A DNA stretch of 64,000 nucleotides from Burkholderiaceae bacterium (GCA_034522655.1 JAXHLD010000032.1:10530-74529), one strand, 5' to 3'. Positions 18,015 through 28,154 are shown, numbered from the stretch's first letter. The notes: generated by a model not told the origin, from the letters alone. Numbers and translations: made by a program.

Positions 18015-19202
18015 ATGAAGATCGACCACTACGAGACCTCCGCCCTGATGAACATCGCTGCGCGGCCGGCGCAGGTGTTCGTCGCGGGCCGAGGCAGCTG
18101 GCTGGTCGATCATCGCGGCAAGCGGCACCTGGACTTCGTGCAGGGCTGGGCGGTCAATGCGCTCGGCCACTGTCCGCCGGAGGTCACGCAGGCCCTGGCA
18201 GCCCAGGCGCAGCGGTTGCTCAATCCGAGCCCCGGCCTCTTCAACGACCAGGCGATCGCGCTGGCGACGAAGCTCGCGCAGCGGTCGGGTCTGCCGCGCG
18301 TATTCCTTGCCTCCAGCGGCGCGGAAGCGAACGAAGGGGCGATCAAGCTCGCGCGTCGCTGGGGCCGGACGCATCGTGCCGGCGCCCATGAAGTGATCAC
18401 CTTCGCCGATGCTTTCCACGGCCGCACGCTGGCAACGATGAGCGCCTCCGGCAAGGCCGGCTGGGACCGCTTGTTCGAGCCCAAGGTGCCGGGCTTTCCC
18501 AGGGCGCGGCTGAACGATGTCGCGTTGGTCGAGGCGCTGATCGGGCCACAGACGGTGGCGGTGATGCTGGAGCCGGTGCAGGGCGAGGCGGGCGTGATCC
18601 CGGCGTCGCACGCGTTCCTGCGCGACCTGCGCGCGCTGTGCGATCGGCACGACCTGCTGCTGATCCTCGACGAGGTGCAAACGGGCATCGGCCGCACCGG
18701 CACGATGTTCGCATTCGAGCAGAGCGGCGTCGCGCCCGACGTGCTGACGCTCGGCAAGGGGCTGGGTGGCGGCGTGCCGCTGTCGGCGCTGCTGTGCAAT
18801 CCGCGCGCCGACTGCTTCGAGCCGGGTGACCAGGGCGGGACGTACTGCGGCAATCCGCTGATGGCCGCAGTGGGCTGCGCGGTGCTCGATGCAGTGTCGC
18901 AGCCGGCCTTTCTCGCGCAGGTCCGCGAGCGCGCGGGGCAGATGCAGCAGGTACTCCAACGACACGCGCGGCGCGTCGACGGCCAGGTGCGAGCGGCCGG
19001 GTTGCTGCAGGCGCTGGTGTTGCCGTGGCCCCCGGCGGCGCGCGTGGCCGGGGCCGCGCGCGAGCTTGCGCCGGATGGCCTGCTCGTCAACGCGGCGCGG
19101 CCCGACGTGCTGCGGCTGATGCCGGCGCTCAACGTGCTCCCGGAGGAGATCGCGCAGATGGACCGGCTGCTGGGGCAGGCACTCGACGCGGTGCGGCCCT
19201 GA
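18015..19202 (+). CDS. argD: acetylornithine/succinylornithine-type class-III aminotransferase
   Basis: From ATG 18015, with the SD gaaggaa. Motifs SGAEANEGAIKLAR, DEVQTGIGRTG, TLGKGLGGG (PLP lysine) and GTYCGNPL are present. Confidence 0.85.
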   Translation: MKIDHYETSALMNIAARPAQVFVAGRGSWLVDHRGKRHLDFVQGWAVNALGHCPPEVTQALAAQAQRLLNPSPGLFNDQAIALATKLAQRSGLPRVFLASSGAEANEGAIKLARRWGRTHRAGAHEVITFADAFHGRTLATMSASGKAGWDRLFEPKVPGFPRARLNDVALVEALIGPQTVAVMLEPVQGEAGVIPASHAFLRDLRALCDRHDLLLILDEVQTGIGRTGTMFAFEQSGVAPDVLTLGKGLGGGVPLSALLCNPRADCFEPGDQGGTYCGNPLMAAVGCAVLDAVSQPAFLAQVRERAGQMQQVLQRHARRVDGQVRAAGLLQALVLPWPPAARVAGAARELAPDGLLVNAARPDVLRLMPALNVLPEEIAQMDRLLGQALDAVRP

Positions 19203-19203
19203 G

Positions 19204-19378
19204 CCCGCCGGGCCGTCCCAAGGGCGAATCCCTGAGCGCGCAGCGCGAAGGTAGTCCGCATTGCCCGCCGGGCCGTCCCAAGGGCGAATCCCTGAGCGCG
19301 CAGCGCGAAGGTAGTCCGCTTTGCCCGCCGGGCCGTCCCAAGGGCGAATCCCTGAACGCGCAGCGCGAGAGTCGTACC
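19204..19378. repeat. tandem repeat, three copies of a 60-bp unit
   Basis: The unit is cccgccgggccgtcccaagggcgaatccctgagcgcgcagcgcgaaggtagtccgcattg, starting at 19204, 19264 and 19324. Copies 1 and 2 differ at one position (cat to ctt). Copy 3 diverges in its last ~20 nt. Confidence 0.95.
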
Positions 19379-19807
19379 GTGACGCCGATCGAGGTGAGCA
19401 GCGATCCGGCGCGCATCGACCGTGCCGCGGTGCATGCGTTTCTCAGTGGAGAGTCGACCTGGGCGCGCGGCATCGACCGTGCGCGAGTGGAGCGCGCGCT
19501 CGACGCCTCGCTGTGCTTCGGCGCCTTTGCCGACGGCGCGCAGATCGGCTTTGCGCGCGTGATCACCGATGGCGCTACCTTCGCCTACCTGTGCGATGTG
19601 TTCGTGCTGCCCGCCTGGCGCGGTCAGGGCGTGGCGCGCGCGCTGCTGGCGGCGATCGATGCGCATCCGCAGCTGCAGGGGCTGCGGCGCCTCCTGCTGT
19701 TCACGTCCGATGCGCACGGCCTGTATGCCCGCGCCGGCTTCACGCCGCTGGCGCATCCCGAGCGCGGCATGGAGCGGCTGCGCACCGATCTCTACACTTC
19801 GACCTGA
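19379..19807 (+). CDS. GNAT family N-acetyltransferase
   Basis: The GTG at 19379 is the first start-type codon after the repeats. GFARVITDGATFAYLCDVFVLPAWRGQGVARALL matches GNAT motif A (R/Q-x-x-G-x-A). Confidence 0.75.
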   Translation: MTPIEVSSDPARIDRAAVHAFLSGESTWARGIDRARVERALDASLCFGAFADGAQIGFARVITDGATFAYLCDVFVLPAWRGQGVARALLAAIDAHPQLQGLRRLLLFTSDAHGLYARAGFTPLAHPERGMERLRTDLYTST

Positions 19808-19836
19808 CCCCTTTTTCCTTTTCTCGAGAGCGGCCC

Positions 19837-20805
19837 ATGAGCACCCCGAAAGTCTTCATCGACGGCGAACACGGCACCACCGGCCTCGAGATACGCGAGC
19901 GGCTGGCGCCGCGCACGGACGTCGAGGTCATCAGCCTGCCGCGCGAGCGTGCCAAGGACGAGGCAGCCAAGCGCGAGATCGTGAATGCCGCCGACTGCGT
20001 GATCCTGTGTCTGCCCGACGAGGCGGCCAAGGCCACCGTCGCGCTGCTCGATGGCGCCGGCAACAGGCGCACGCGCGTGATCGACGCCAGCACCGCGCAC
20101 CGCACCGCGCCCGGCTGGGTGTACGGCTTCGCCGAGATGACCAGGACACAGCGCGCGGCGATCGCGGCCAGCACGCGGGTCTCCAACCCCGGCTGCTATC
20201 CGACCGGCTTCATCGCGCTGGTGCGGCCATTGCGAGAGCGCGGCCTGCTGCCCGCCGACCATCCGGCCACCGTGCATGCGGTGTCCGGCTACTCCGGGGG
20301 CGGCAAGAAGATGATCGAGAGCTTCGAGCAATCGCAGGCGGGTGTCGCCGCGCCGCAGGCCTTCGGCGCCTACGGGCTCGGCATGAACCACAAGCATCTG
20401 GGCGAGATGCAGCAGCACGGCCTGCTCGCCGCCAAGCCGATCTTCGCGCCGTCGGTCGGCCGCTTTCATCGCGGCATGCTGGTATCGGTGCCGCTGCATC
20501 TGTCGCAGCGGCCGGGTCTGACCGCGGCCACGCTGCATGCGGCCTATGCCGAGCACTTTGCCGGCGAACGCTTCGTCGGCGTGCGGCCGCTGAACGACAC
20601 TGCGGCGCTGCGCGAAGGCGCTTTTCTCGAGCCCGAGGACCTGAACGGCAGCAACCGGCTCGAGGTGTTCGTGTTCGCCAACGATGCGCAGGGCCAGGCA
20701 CTGCTGGTGGCGCGGCTGGACAACCTCGGCAAGGGCGCCAGCGGCGCGGCGGTGCAGAACATGAACCTGATGCTCGGGCTGCCCGAGGCGGCCGGACTGA
20801 GCTGA
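19837..20805 (+). CDS. argC: N-acetyl-gamma-glutamyl-phosphate reductase (type 2)
   Basis: MSTPKVFIDGEHGTTGLEIRERL..., the active-site NPGCYPTG, SGYSGGG and DNLGKGASGAAVQN. Confidence 0.92.
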   Translation: MSTPKVFIDGEHGTTGLEIRERLAPRTDVEVISLPRERAKDEAAKREIVNAADCVILCLPDEAAKATVALLDGAGNRRTRVIDASTAHRTAPGWVYGFAEMTRTQRAAIAASTRVSNPGCYPTGFIALVRPLRERGLLPADHPATVHAVSGYSGGGKKMIESFEQSQAGVAAPQAFGAYGLGMNHKHLGEMQQHGLLAAKPIFAPSVGRFHRGMLVSVPLHLSQRPGLTAATLHAAYAEHFAGERFVGVRPLNDTAALREGAFLEPEDLNGSNRLEVFVFANDAQGQALLVARLDNLGKGASGAAVQNMNLMLGLPEAAGLS

Positions 20806-21449
20806 TGCTGTACCAGCCAGCGCACTTCCGCCTCGACGATCGCGCGCATGCGCTGGCGCTGATCGAGGCGCATCCGCTGGCGACGCTGGTCAGCGTGCAG
20901 GCAGATGCGGCGTCGATCGAGCAGCGCGACGATCCGATGATTTCGCACGCACCGCTGATGGCGGTCGAATCCGCGGGGGCGCCGCTGCGCCTGATCGGCC
21001 ATCTGGCCGCAGTAAATCCGCATGCCGCGCTGCTGGTCGAGGGCGTGTCGGTGACGGCCATCTTTCATGGCCCGCACGGCTATGTGTCGCCCGCCTGGTA
21101 CACGGTGAAAAAGGCGGTGCCGACCTGGAACTATGCGGTGGTGCACGCACGCGGCCGGGTGCGGCGGATCGACGACAGCGCGGGCAAGGAGCACCTGCTC
21201 AAGGCGCTGATCGACCGCCACGACGCGCCGTACCACGCGCAGTGGGATGCGCTCGATGCCGATTACCGCGAGGGCATGAAGCGCGGCATCGTGGGCTTTG
21301 CGATCGAGGTCGAATCGATTGCGGCCAAGTTCAAGCTCAGCCAGAACCGCTCGGCGGCGGATCGCGCCGGCGTGGCGAACGGCCTCTTATCGGGCGATCC
21401 TGCAGCGCAGGCGCTGGCAGCATGCATGCATCGCCTGAACCTGGCCTGA
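20805..21449 (+). CDS. FMN-binding negative transcriptional regulator (PaiB family)
   Basis: The ATG overlaps the argC TGA. Contains YQPAHF, PTWNY and KFKLSQNR. Confidence 0.8.
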   Translation: MLYQPAHFRLDDRAHALALIEAHPLATLVSVQADAASIEQRDDPMISHAPLMAVESAGAPLRLIGHLAAVNPHAALLVEGVSVTAIFHGPHGYVSPAWYTVKKAVPTWNYAVVHARGRVRRIDDSAGKEHLLKALIDRHDAPYHAQWDALDADYREGMKRGIVGFAIEVESIAAKFKLSQNRSAADRAGVANGLLSGDPAAQALAACMHRLNLA

Positions 21450-21478
21450 GCCCGGCCCTACTCTGATCACGACCCCGC

Positions 21479-21904
21479 ATGCAGATCCGCGCCGTCGTCG
21501 CCACCGACATCGATGCCGTGGTCGCGTTTTGGCGCGAGGTCTTCCCCGAGTACAGCGACCCCGCACGGCCGCAGCGCGATCCGCGCACGAACATCGTGCG
21601 CAAGCTTGCCTTCGGCGACGGGCTGTTCTGGCTGGCTGAGGATGGCGCCAAGGTGATCGGCACCGTGATGGCCGGCTACGACGGCCATCGCGGCTGGCTG
21701 TATTCGCTCGGCGTGGATCCGGCGCAGCGCGCGCATGGCGTGGGCCGCCTGCTTTTGTCACACGCCGAAGTCGAACTGAAGAAGCTCGGCTGCCCGAAGG
21801 TCAACGTGCAGGTGCTGGAGACCAATGCGGGCGCCCACGCCTTCTGGGAGGCCGCCGGCTACAAGGCCGATCCGGTGATGAGCTTCGGTCGCCGGCTGCG
21901 CTGA
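21479..21904 (+). CDS. GNAT family N-acetyltransferase (small, YpeA-like)
   Basis: 141-aa ORF with GYDGHRGWLYSLGVDPAQRAHGVGRLLL. Confidence 0.8.
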   Translation: MQIRAVVATDIDAVVAFWREVFPEYSDPARPQRDPRTNIVRKLAFGDGLFWLAEDGAKVIGTVMAGYDGHRGWLYSLGVDPAQRAHGVGRLLLSHAEVELKKLGCPKVNVQVLETNAGAHAFWEAAGYKADPVMSFGRRLR

Positions 21905-21953
21905 GCGCAGGTGCTCGGAGTAGCGGCGCCGTGCCTCGGCTCGGTCTCGCTGC

Positions 21954-22684
21954 TCAGTGGGCTTCGCCGAGGTAGGCGGCGCGCACCTTCGGATCGTCGA
22001 GCATCGACTTGGCGTCGCCACTGAGCGTGATCAGGCCCGAGTCCATCACGTAGGCGCGGTCCGCCGCTTCCAGTGCGAGGCGGGCGTTCTGCTCGACCAG
22101 CAGCATCGGAATTTTCTGCGCCGACACGCTGCGCACGACCTCGAAGATCTTCTCCACCATGATCGGCGCCAGGCCCATCGACGGCTCGTCGAGCAGCAGC
22201 AGCTTCGGCTGGCTCATCAGCGCGCGCGCCATCGCCAGCATCTGCTGCTCGCCGCCGGAGAGCGTGCCGGCGAGCTGTCGGGAGCGCTCCTTGAGCCGCG
22301 GGAAGGTCTGGAACATGCGGTCGATGTCGGCATTGACCTGCGCGTTGTCGTTGCGCAGGAAGGCGCCCATCAGCAGGTTCTCGGTCACCGACATGCGCGG
22401 CGAACACGCCGCGCCCTCCGGCACCATGCGCCAGCCCTGCGCGCACGCAGCTCGTGCGGCGGCCATGCGCCGGTGATCGTCTCGCCCTGGTACGCGATCG
22501 CGCCGGCCGACGGCGCTGAGTCCCGGTGATGCGCCTTGAGCGTCGTGCGTCTTGCCGGCGCCGTTGGCGCCGATCAGCGCGACCAGTCTCGCCTGCGCCG
22601 ACGTCGAGGTCGATGCCCTTGCACCGCCTGGATGCCGCCGTAGGCGACCTGCAGGCCGCGAGATGCGAGGACTGCGCCGGTCAT
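21954..22684 (-). pseudogene. livF: branched-chain amino acid ABC transporter ATP-binding protein LivF, multiply frameshifted as assembled
   Basis: The start MTGAVLASRGLQVAYGGIQAV then drops out of frame. Removing two extra C bases from ggcaagacgCacgacgctcaaggcgCatcacc restores GKTTTLKAIT. The C-terminal 170 aa (RMVPEG...LSGGEQQMLAMARAL...LLLLDEPSMGLAP...AYLGEAH) are intact. Confidence 0.85.
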
Positions 22685-23530
22685 GCGTCTCCTCGGTCGC
22701 CACGTGCCTCTTCGCGCACTCGCCGAGGTAGGCCTCGATCACGGCCGGATCGCTGCTGCACGTCGGCCGGCGCGCCCTCGGCGATCTTCTCGCCGTAGTC
22801 GAGCACGGCGACGCGGTCGCACAGGCCCATCACCAGCTTCACGTCGTGCTCGATCAGCAGGATCGTCACGCCGTCGCGCGGATGCCTTCGCAGCAGGCCG
22901 TCGCAGCGCCCTCGGTCTCGGTGGCGTTCATGCCGGCCGCGGGCTCGTCGAGCGCCAGCAGCTTCGGGTCCGTCGCCAGGGCGCGCGCGATCTCGAGCCG
23001 GCGCTGGTCGCCGTAGGGCAGGTGCGCGCCTGGAAGTCGGCGTAGCGGGCGATGTTCACGTACTCGAGCAGCTCGCGGGCGCGCTGCTTGATCGCCGCTT
23101 CTTCCTCGCGCGTGCGCCGTGTCGCGCGAGGATCGCGCCGAGCACGCCGGCCTGCGTGCGCACGTGGCGGCCGACCATGACGTTCTCGAGCGCCGTCATG
23201 TTGCCGAACAGGCGGATGTTCTGGAAGGTGCGCGCGATGCCCGCTGCGGCGACCTTGTGCGGCTGCAGCCGGCGATAGCGCGGCGCCGTCGAACGCGAAT
23301 CGCCCCCGACGTCGGGCGGGTAGAGCCCGGTGATGCACGTTGAAGAACGTGGTCTTGCCGGCGCCGTTGGGGCCGATCAGGCCGTAGATCTCGCCGCGCT
23401 CGATGTGCGAAGCGCGACATCGTCGACAGCGCCTGAGGCCGCCGAAGCGCTTGTTGACGCCGCTGCGACGCCTCGAGCAGGCGTCTGCGCGTCGCGCCAT
23501 CGCGGCATCGCCTCGGGCGCCGGCCAGCAT
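22681..23530 (-). pseudogene. livG: branched-chain amino acid ABC transporter ATP-binding protein LivG, multiply frameshifted (boundaries approximate)
   Basis: LivG blocks are scattered over three frames: VNKRFGGL, ERGEIYGLIGPNGAGKTTFFNV, EEEAAIKQRARELLEYVNIARYADFQA, TILLIEHDVKLVMGLCDRVAVLDYGEKIAEGAPADVQ, and VIEAYLGE. Confidence 0.8.
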
Positions 23531-24668
23531 TGCGTCGCTCGTGCGCTCGGCGGCGGACGATGCCTGCGCTGCGTGCGCGGCCACAGCCGGCTCGGCCGAC
23601 ACAGCATGATCGAGCACCAGCGCCAGGCCGAAGAGCAGCATGCGCAGCCCCTCGGGCGTCGACCAGCGATCCTGCCGAACAGCCGCCTCCTGCAGCGGCG
23701 CCGACCGTCGCGCAGCACCTCCGGCAGGACCGACAGCAGCACGCGCGCCGAGGATGACGCCCGGCGATGTGGCCCATGCCGCCGAGGACCACCATGCACA
23801 GCACCATGATCGACTCCATCAGCGATGAAGCTCTCCGGGCGACGAAGCCCTGGAAGCGCCGAGAACATGCCGCCCGCGACGCCGCCGAAAGTCGCGCCCA
23901 TCGCGAAGGCGAGCAGCTTGATGTTGCGCGTGTTGATGCCCATCGCCTTGGCGGCGATCTCGTCCTCGCGGATCGCCATCCAGGCGCGGCCGATGCGCGA
24001 GTCCTGCAGCCGGATGCAGACGACGATCGTGATCAGCGTCAGGAACAGGAACAGGTAGTAGTACGTCGTCGGCCGACGGATCTCGAAGCCCGACGAAGTG
24101 CTCGGTGCTGCGCGAAGCTCGAAGCCGCCGATCGCTGACCGGGTCGATCAGCGTGATGCCCTGCGGGCCGTTGGTGATGTTGACCGGCGCGTTCAGGTTG
24201 TTCAGGAAGATGCGGATGATCTCGCCGAAGCCGAGCGTGACGATGGCCAGGTAGTCGCCGCGCAGCTTGAGCGTCGGCGCGCCGAGCAGCGACGCCCGAA
24301 CAGGCACGCCGAGCCGCGGCAGCCGATCGGCAGCAGATCAGCCGCAGAACGGCCAGGTGCAGACGCCGAAGTGCGGCGAGGCGAGCAGCGCGTAGGATGT
24401 AGGCGCCGACCGCGTAGAAGGCGACGTAGCCGAGGTCGAGCAGGCCGGCGAAGCCGACGACGATGTTCAGGCCGAGCGCCAGCATCACGTACAGCAGCGC
24501 GAAGTCAGTGATGCGCACCCAGGCGGTTGCCCACGCCGGCCGCAGCGACGAAGGGCAGCACGGCCAGCAGCAGCGCCGACCAGCGCGATGTCGGCGGCGA
24601 GCGCAGCCGACGCGGGTTGCCTTGAGCGTCGGAAGAAGCGTCGTGATCAGCGCGCTAGCTCCGCTCAT
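23530..24668 (-). pseudogene. livM: branched-chain amino acid ABC transporter permease LivM, multiply frameshifted (3' boundary approximate)
   Basis: The ATG at 24668 overlaps the livH stop. Fragments [72 protein letters not shown] and MESIMVLCMVVLGGMGHI lie in different frames. Confidence 0.8.
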
Positions 24669-25611
24669 GCGCGGTCTCCGACCCGCTCGCCCAACAGGCC
24701 GCGACGGCCTGAACGACCAGCACCACGGATCAGCACGACGAAGGCGAATACGTCCTGATAGTGCGAGCCGAGGATGCCGCCGGTCAGGTCGCCGATGTAG
24801 CCGGCGCCCAGCGCCTCGATGACGCCGAGCAGCAGGCCGCCGACCATCGCGCCGGGGATGTTGCCGATGCCGCCGAGCACCGCGGCCGTGAAGGCCTTCA
24901 GGCCGAGCAGGAAGCCCATGTAGTAGTGGGCGATGCCGTAGTAGGCGCTGACCATGCACGCCCGCCACGGCCGCCAGCCCGGCGCCGATGGCGAAGGTCA
25001 GCGCGATCACGTAGTTCGGATTGACGCCCATCAGTCCGGCTACGCGCGGGTTCTCGGCGGTGGCGCGCATCGCCCGGCCGAGCTTGCTGCGGTTCACCAG
25101 CAGCATCAGTCCGACCATGATCAGCGCCGAGACGAGCACGATGATCAGCAGCTCTGGTCACGGTGATGATCGCGCCCGCCGATCACGATCGAGCGTCGGC
25201 ACGGCAGCGATCTGCGGGAAGGTCATGTAGTTGCGGCCCCAGATGATCATCGCCACGGTTCTGCAGCACGATCGAGACGCCGATCGCGGTGATCAGCGGC
25301 GCCAGCCGCGGCGCGTTGCGCAGCGGCCGGTAGGCGATGCGCTCGATCGTGAAGCCGACCGCGCATGCACGACCGGGATCGCCGACCAGTGCCGACCATC
25401 AGAAGCAGCCAGCCGGGCATTCCGGGCACGCCGAGCCTTCAGCGAACAGGATCGTGGTGAGCGCGGTCAGCGCGCCGATCATCACCACCTCGCCATGGGC
25501 GAAGTTGATCAGCCCCAGGATGCCGTAGACCATCGTGTAGCCGAGCGCGATCAGCGAGTACAGGCTGCCGAGCACGAGACCGTTGATGACCTGCTGGATG
25601 AAGGTGTCCAT
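24665..25611 (-). pseudogene. livH: branched-chain amino acid ABC transporter permease LivH, frameshifted
   Basis: MDTFIQQVINGLVLGSLYSLIALGYTMVYGILGLINFAHGEVVMIGAL (from 25611), [47 protein letters not shown], and [36 protein letters not shown] are in three different frames. Confidence 0.85.
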
Positions 25612-25692
25612 CGATTCTCCTGCACCGGCGAAGCGGCGCGGTCGCATGCTAACAAGCGGCTTGCCCGGTGCCGCCGCGGTCTGGGCGACGGC

Positions 25693-25720
25693 AAAAAAAA
25701 GCGGCACCCGCAGGTGCCGC
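25693..25720 (-). terminator. intrinsic terminator/attenuator between the binding-protein gene and livH
   Basis: On the minus strand: gcggcacc-tgcg-ggtgccgc followed by tttttttt. Confidence 0.85.
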
Positions 25721-25743
25721 TTTCATGTTCGACGCGGCGCGAG

Positions 25744-26931
25744 TTAGCGCACGGTCGACAGGTAGTGCAGCTTGCCTTCCTTGACGTTGAACATCGAGAT
25801 GGCGCCGTTCTTGATGTCGCCTTTCTCGTCGAAGGCGATGGTGCCGGTCACGCCCGTGTAGTTGGTGGCGGGCATCGCGGCAGTGATGGCAGCGCGGTCG
25901 GCCTTGCCGGCGCGCTTGATCGCGTCGGCGATCACATAGACGGCGTCATAGCTGTACGGCGAGTAGACCTGGACATCCTGGTTGAACTTAGCCTTGTACT
26001 TGGCGACGAAATCGGCGCCCTTGGGCATCTTCTCGACCGCCTCACCGGCCATCGAGCAGCTCAGGATGCCGGCAGCGTCGCCCGCGAGCTTGATGAACTC
26101 GGGCGAGCAGACGCCGTCGCCGGCCAGCAGCGGGGCCTTGATGCCCAGTTGCTTCATCTGCTTGGCCATCGGGCCGGCGGTGGCGTCCATGCCGCCGTAC
26201 ATCACGACGTCCGGCTTGGCGCCGCGGATCTTGGTCAGGATGGCGTTGAAGTCGGTTGCCTTGTCGTTGGTGAACTCGCGGGCGACGACTTTCAGGCCCT
26301 TTTCCTTGGCTACGCGCTCGACCACGTCCGCCAGGCCCTGGCCGTAGGCGGTACGGTCGTCGATGATGGCAATGGTCTTGGCCTTCATCTCGTTGGCCGC
26401 GAAGTTGGCCAGCACGGCGCCCTGCTGATTGTCGTTGGCAACCACGCGGAAGGTGGTCTTGAAGCCCTGCTCGGTCAGCTTGGGATTGGTGGCCGACGGC
26501 GAAATCTGCGAGACGCTGGCGTCCGAGTAGATCTTCGAAGCGGGGATCGAGGTGCCGCTGTTCAGGTGGCCCACGACCGCGACCACGCCGGCGTCGACGA
26601 CCTTCTGCGCGGCGAGCGTGCCTTCCTTCGGGTCGGCCTTGTCGTCCTCGGCCACCAGTTCGAGCTTGATCTTGGTGCCGCCAGCATCGATGCCGCCCGC
26701 GGCGTTGATCTCCTCAACCGCCAGGCGAGCGCCGTTCTCGTTGTCCTTGCCCAGGTGGGCGATACCGCCGGTCAGCGGCGCAACGTGGCCGATCTTGACC
26801 GTGGCGGGGGCCGGGGCAGCAGGCGCCGCCTTGGCTTCTTCCTTCTTGGCCGGCTCTTCCTTCTTGCCGCAGGCAGCCAGGGCGACAGCAGCCGCGATGG
26901 CAACCGGTGCGAACTTCAACAGGTGGTTCAT
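25744..26931 (-). CDS. branched-chain amino acid ABC transporter substrate-binding protein (LivK/LivJ-like), intact
   Basis: 395-aa ORF with a lipoprotein-like signal (AAAVALAACG), then VKIGHVAPLTGGIAHLGKDNENGARLAVEEINA, which is type-I PBP family. Confidence 0.9.
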   Translation of the reverse strand: MNHLLKFAPVAIAAAVALAACGKKEEPAKKEEAKAAPAAPAPATVKIGHVAPLTGGIAHLGKDNENGARLAVEEINAAGGIDAGGTKIKLELVAEDDKADPKEGTLAAQKVVDAGVVAVVGHLNSGTSIPASKIYSDASVSQISPSATNPKLTEQGFKTTFRVVANDNQQGAVLANFAANEMKAKTIAIIDDRTAYGQGLADVVERVAKEKGLKVVAREFTNDKATDFNAILTKIRGAKPDVVMYGGMDATAGPMAKQMKQLGIKAPLLAGDGVCSPEFIKLAGDAAGILSCSMAGEAVEKMPKGADFVAKYKAKFNQDVQVYSPYSYDAVYVIADAIKRAGKADRAAITAAMPATNYTGVTGTIAFDEKGDIKNGAISMFNVKEGKLHYLSTVR

Positions 26932-27171
26932 GGAGTTTCTCCTCGACGGATTCAGTGTCGGCGACCGTGGGTCAGATGCGGGCCGGTGTGGATGAGGCGC
27001 GATGTTTCAGACCGAATGCAGCACGGCGCCAAGCACCGGCCCGATCCGAAGCGGCGCGATTGTACTGACGCGACCTGACGCGGCAACGCCACGCCGGACG
27101 CGACTGTCCCCGTGCGGCGACAGGTGTCGCATTCAGGGCACGCGCGTTATCGCGGATGTGCGTGAGGACGA

Positions 27172-27199
27172 ACGAGAAAGGGCGCCCGCAGGCGCCCTT
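27172..27199 (-). terminator. intrinsic terminator after the cytochrome c gene
   Basis: On the minus strand: agggcgcc-tgcg-ggcgccct followed by ttctcgttcg. Confidence 0.7.
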
Positions 27200-27245
27200 T
27201 GCGCTGCACGACCCCGGACCGGCCCGCGCTCTCATCGGGGACCGA

Positions 27246-27554
27246 TTACTTGGTCGCCAGGACCCACTTGGCCAGGGTCTGGGCTTCAGCGTCGCTGACC
27301 TGGGGATTGGCCGGCATCGGGATCTGGCCCCAGCTGCCGACGCCGCCTTCGCGGATCTTCTTCGACAGCTTGGCGACCGCGTCCTTGTCGGCGGCGTACT
27401 TGGCAGCGACGTCCTTGTACGACGGACCGACGACTTTCTTGTCGGCGGCGTGGCATGCGAGGCAGTTCTTCGCCTTCGCGAGATCAGCATTGGCAAGGGC
27501 GGCACCGCTCAACATCGACAGGCCAAGGGTGGCAACGATCAACGATTTCTTCAT
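27246..27554 (-). CDS. class I c-type cytochrome (c551/c552-like)
   Basis: 102 aa with the signal peptide MKKSLIVATLGLSMLSGAALA, the heme motif CLACH, and the distal PMPAN Met ligand region. Confidence 0.9.
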   Translation of the reverse strand: MKKSLIVATLGLSMLSGAALANADLAKAKNCLACHAADKKVVGPSYKDVAAKYAADKDAVAKLSKKIREGGVGSWGQIPMPANPQVSDAEAQTLAKWVLATK

Positions 27555-27836
27555 CCAGCAGTCTCCGTGTCTTGGAAGGGGTGATAGCGGGGCAGGGGTG
27601 ACGGGGTGAATCGTCTCGCTTCATTCCAGCGCGATGAGTTTAACGGCTCACCCTCGGCCGGGTTGACCGGTCGTGACCCGCGTGACGCAAGCCACGCAGC
27701 ATCGTCGCGGGCCAACGCGGCGCACGCTGCCGCCGCGAAGCGGTGTTATGGGCGGCTGAAGCCGACGTATTTGCTGGTTGGGTGGGTCGGGCCGCGCGGC
27801 TATAGTCGATCCGGGTCGAATCCCTGGGTGACTGCC

Positions 27837-28082
27837 ATGTGGATGCTGTGGGTCGCGGTCGTCGCGCTGCTGCTGTGGTACTTCGATATCGGTTTCATGG
27901 GCCAGATCTCGGGCTGGTGGATCGCGCTGCTGTTCGGGATCGCGTTTGTCTGGTTCGAAGTCTTCGAGAAGCGGCTCGGCCTGGACAAGAAGGCGGCCTT
28001 CGACGAGCTCGACAAGGCCAAGAAGGAGCGCATCAAGCGGCAGATGGAACAGGCGCGCAACTTCCGCTCGCGGCGGATGTGA
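27837..28082 (+). CDS. small Trp-rich membrane protein (TIGR04438-like)
   Basis: 81 aa: MWMLWVAVVALLLWYFDIGFMGQISGWWIALLFGIAFVWFEVFEKRLGLDKK... with a basic C-terminus. Confidence 0.7.
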   Translation: MWMLWVAVVALLLWYFDIGFMGQISGWWIALLFGIAFVWFEVFEKRLGLDKKAAFDELDKAKKERIKRQMEQARNFRSRRM

Positions 28083-28120
28083 TGCGCGGGCGGCGCATGC
28101 CGCCGGCGGATGCAAATGCG

Positions 28121-28154
28121 GACTGGGGGTGCCTTGGCGCCCCCAGTCGCTTTC
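28121..28154 (+). terminator. 12-bp GC hairpin between convergent genes (probably a bidirectional terminator)
   Basis: gactgggggtgc-cttg-gcgcccccagtc, followed by gctttc. Confidence 0.6.

Noticed and set aside
19204-19378. Possible CRISPR array.
   Set aside because: The units are directly abutting 60-mers with no unique spacers, there are only three copies, and there are no cas genes.
19025-19807. Long ORF that would place the three 20-aa repeat units (PPGRPKGESLSAQREGSP) at the N-terminus of the GNAT protein.
   Set aside because: Its only upstream start lies inside argD, in a different frame from argD. There is no start-type codon between the argD stop and the GTG at 19379, so the repeats are treated as non-coding.
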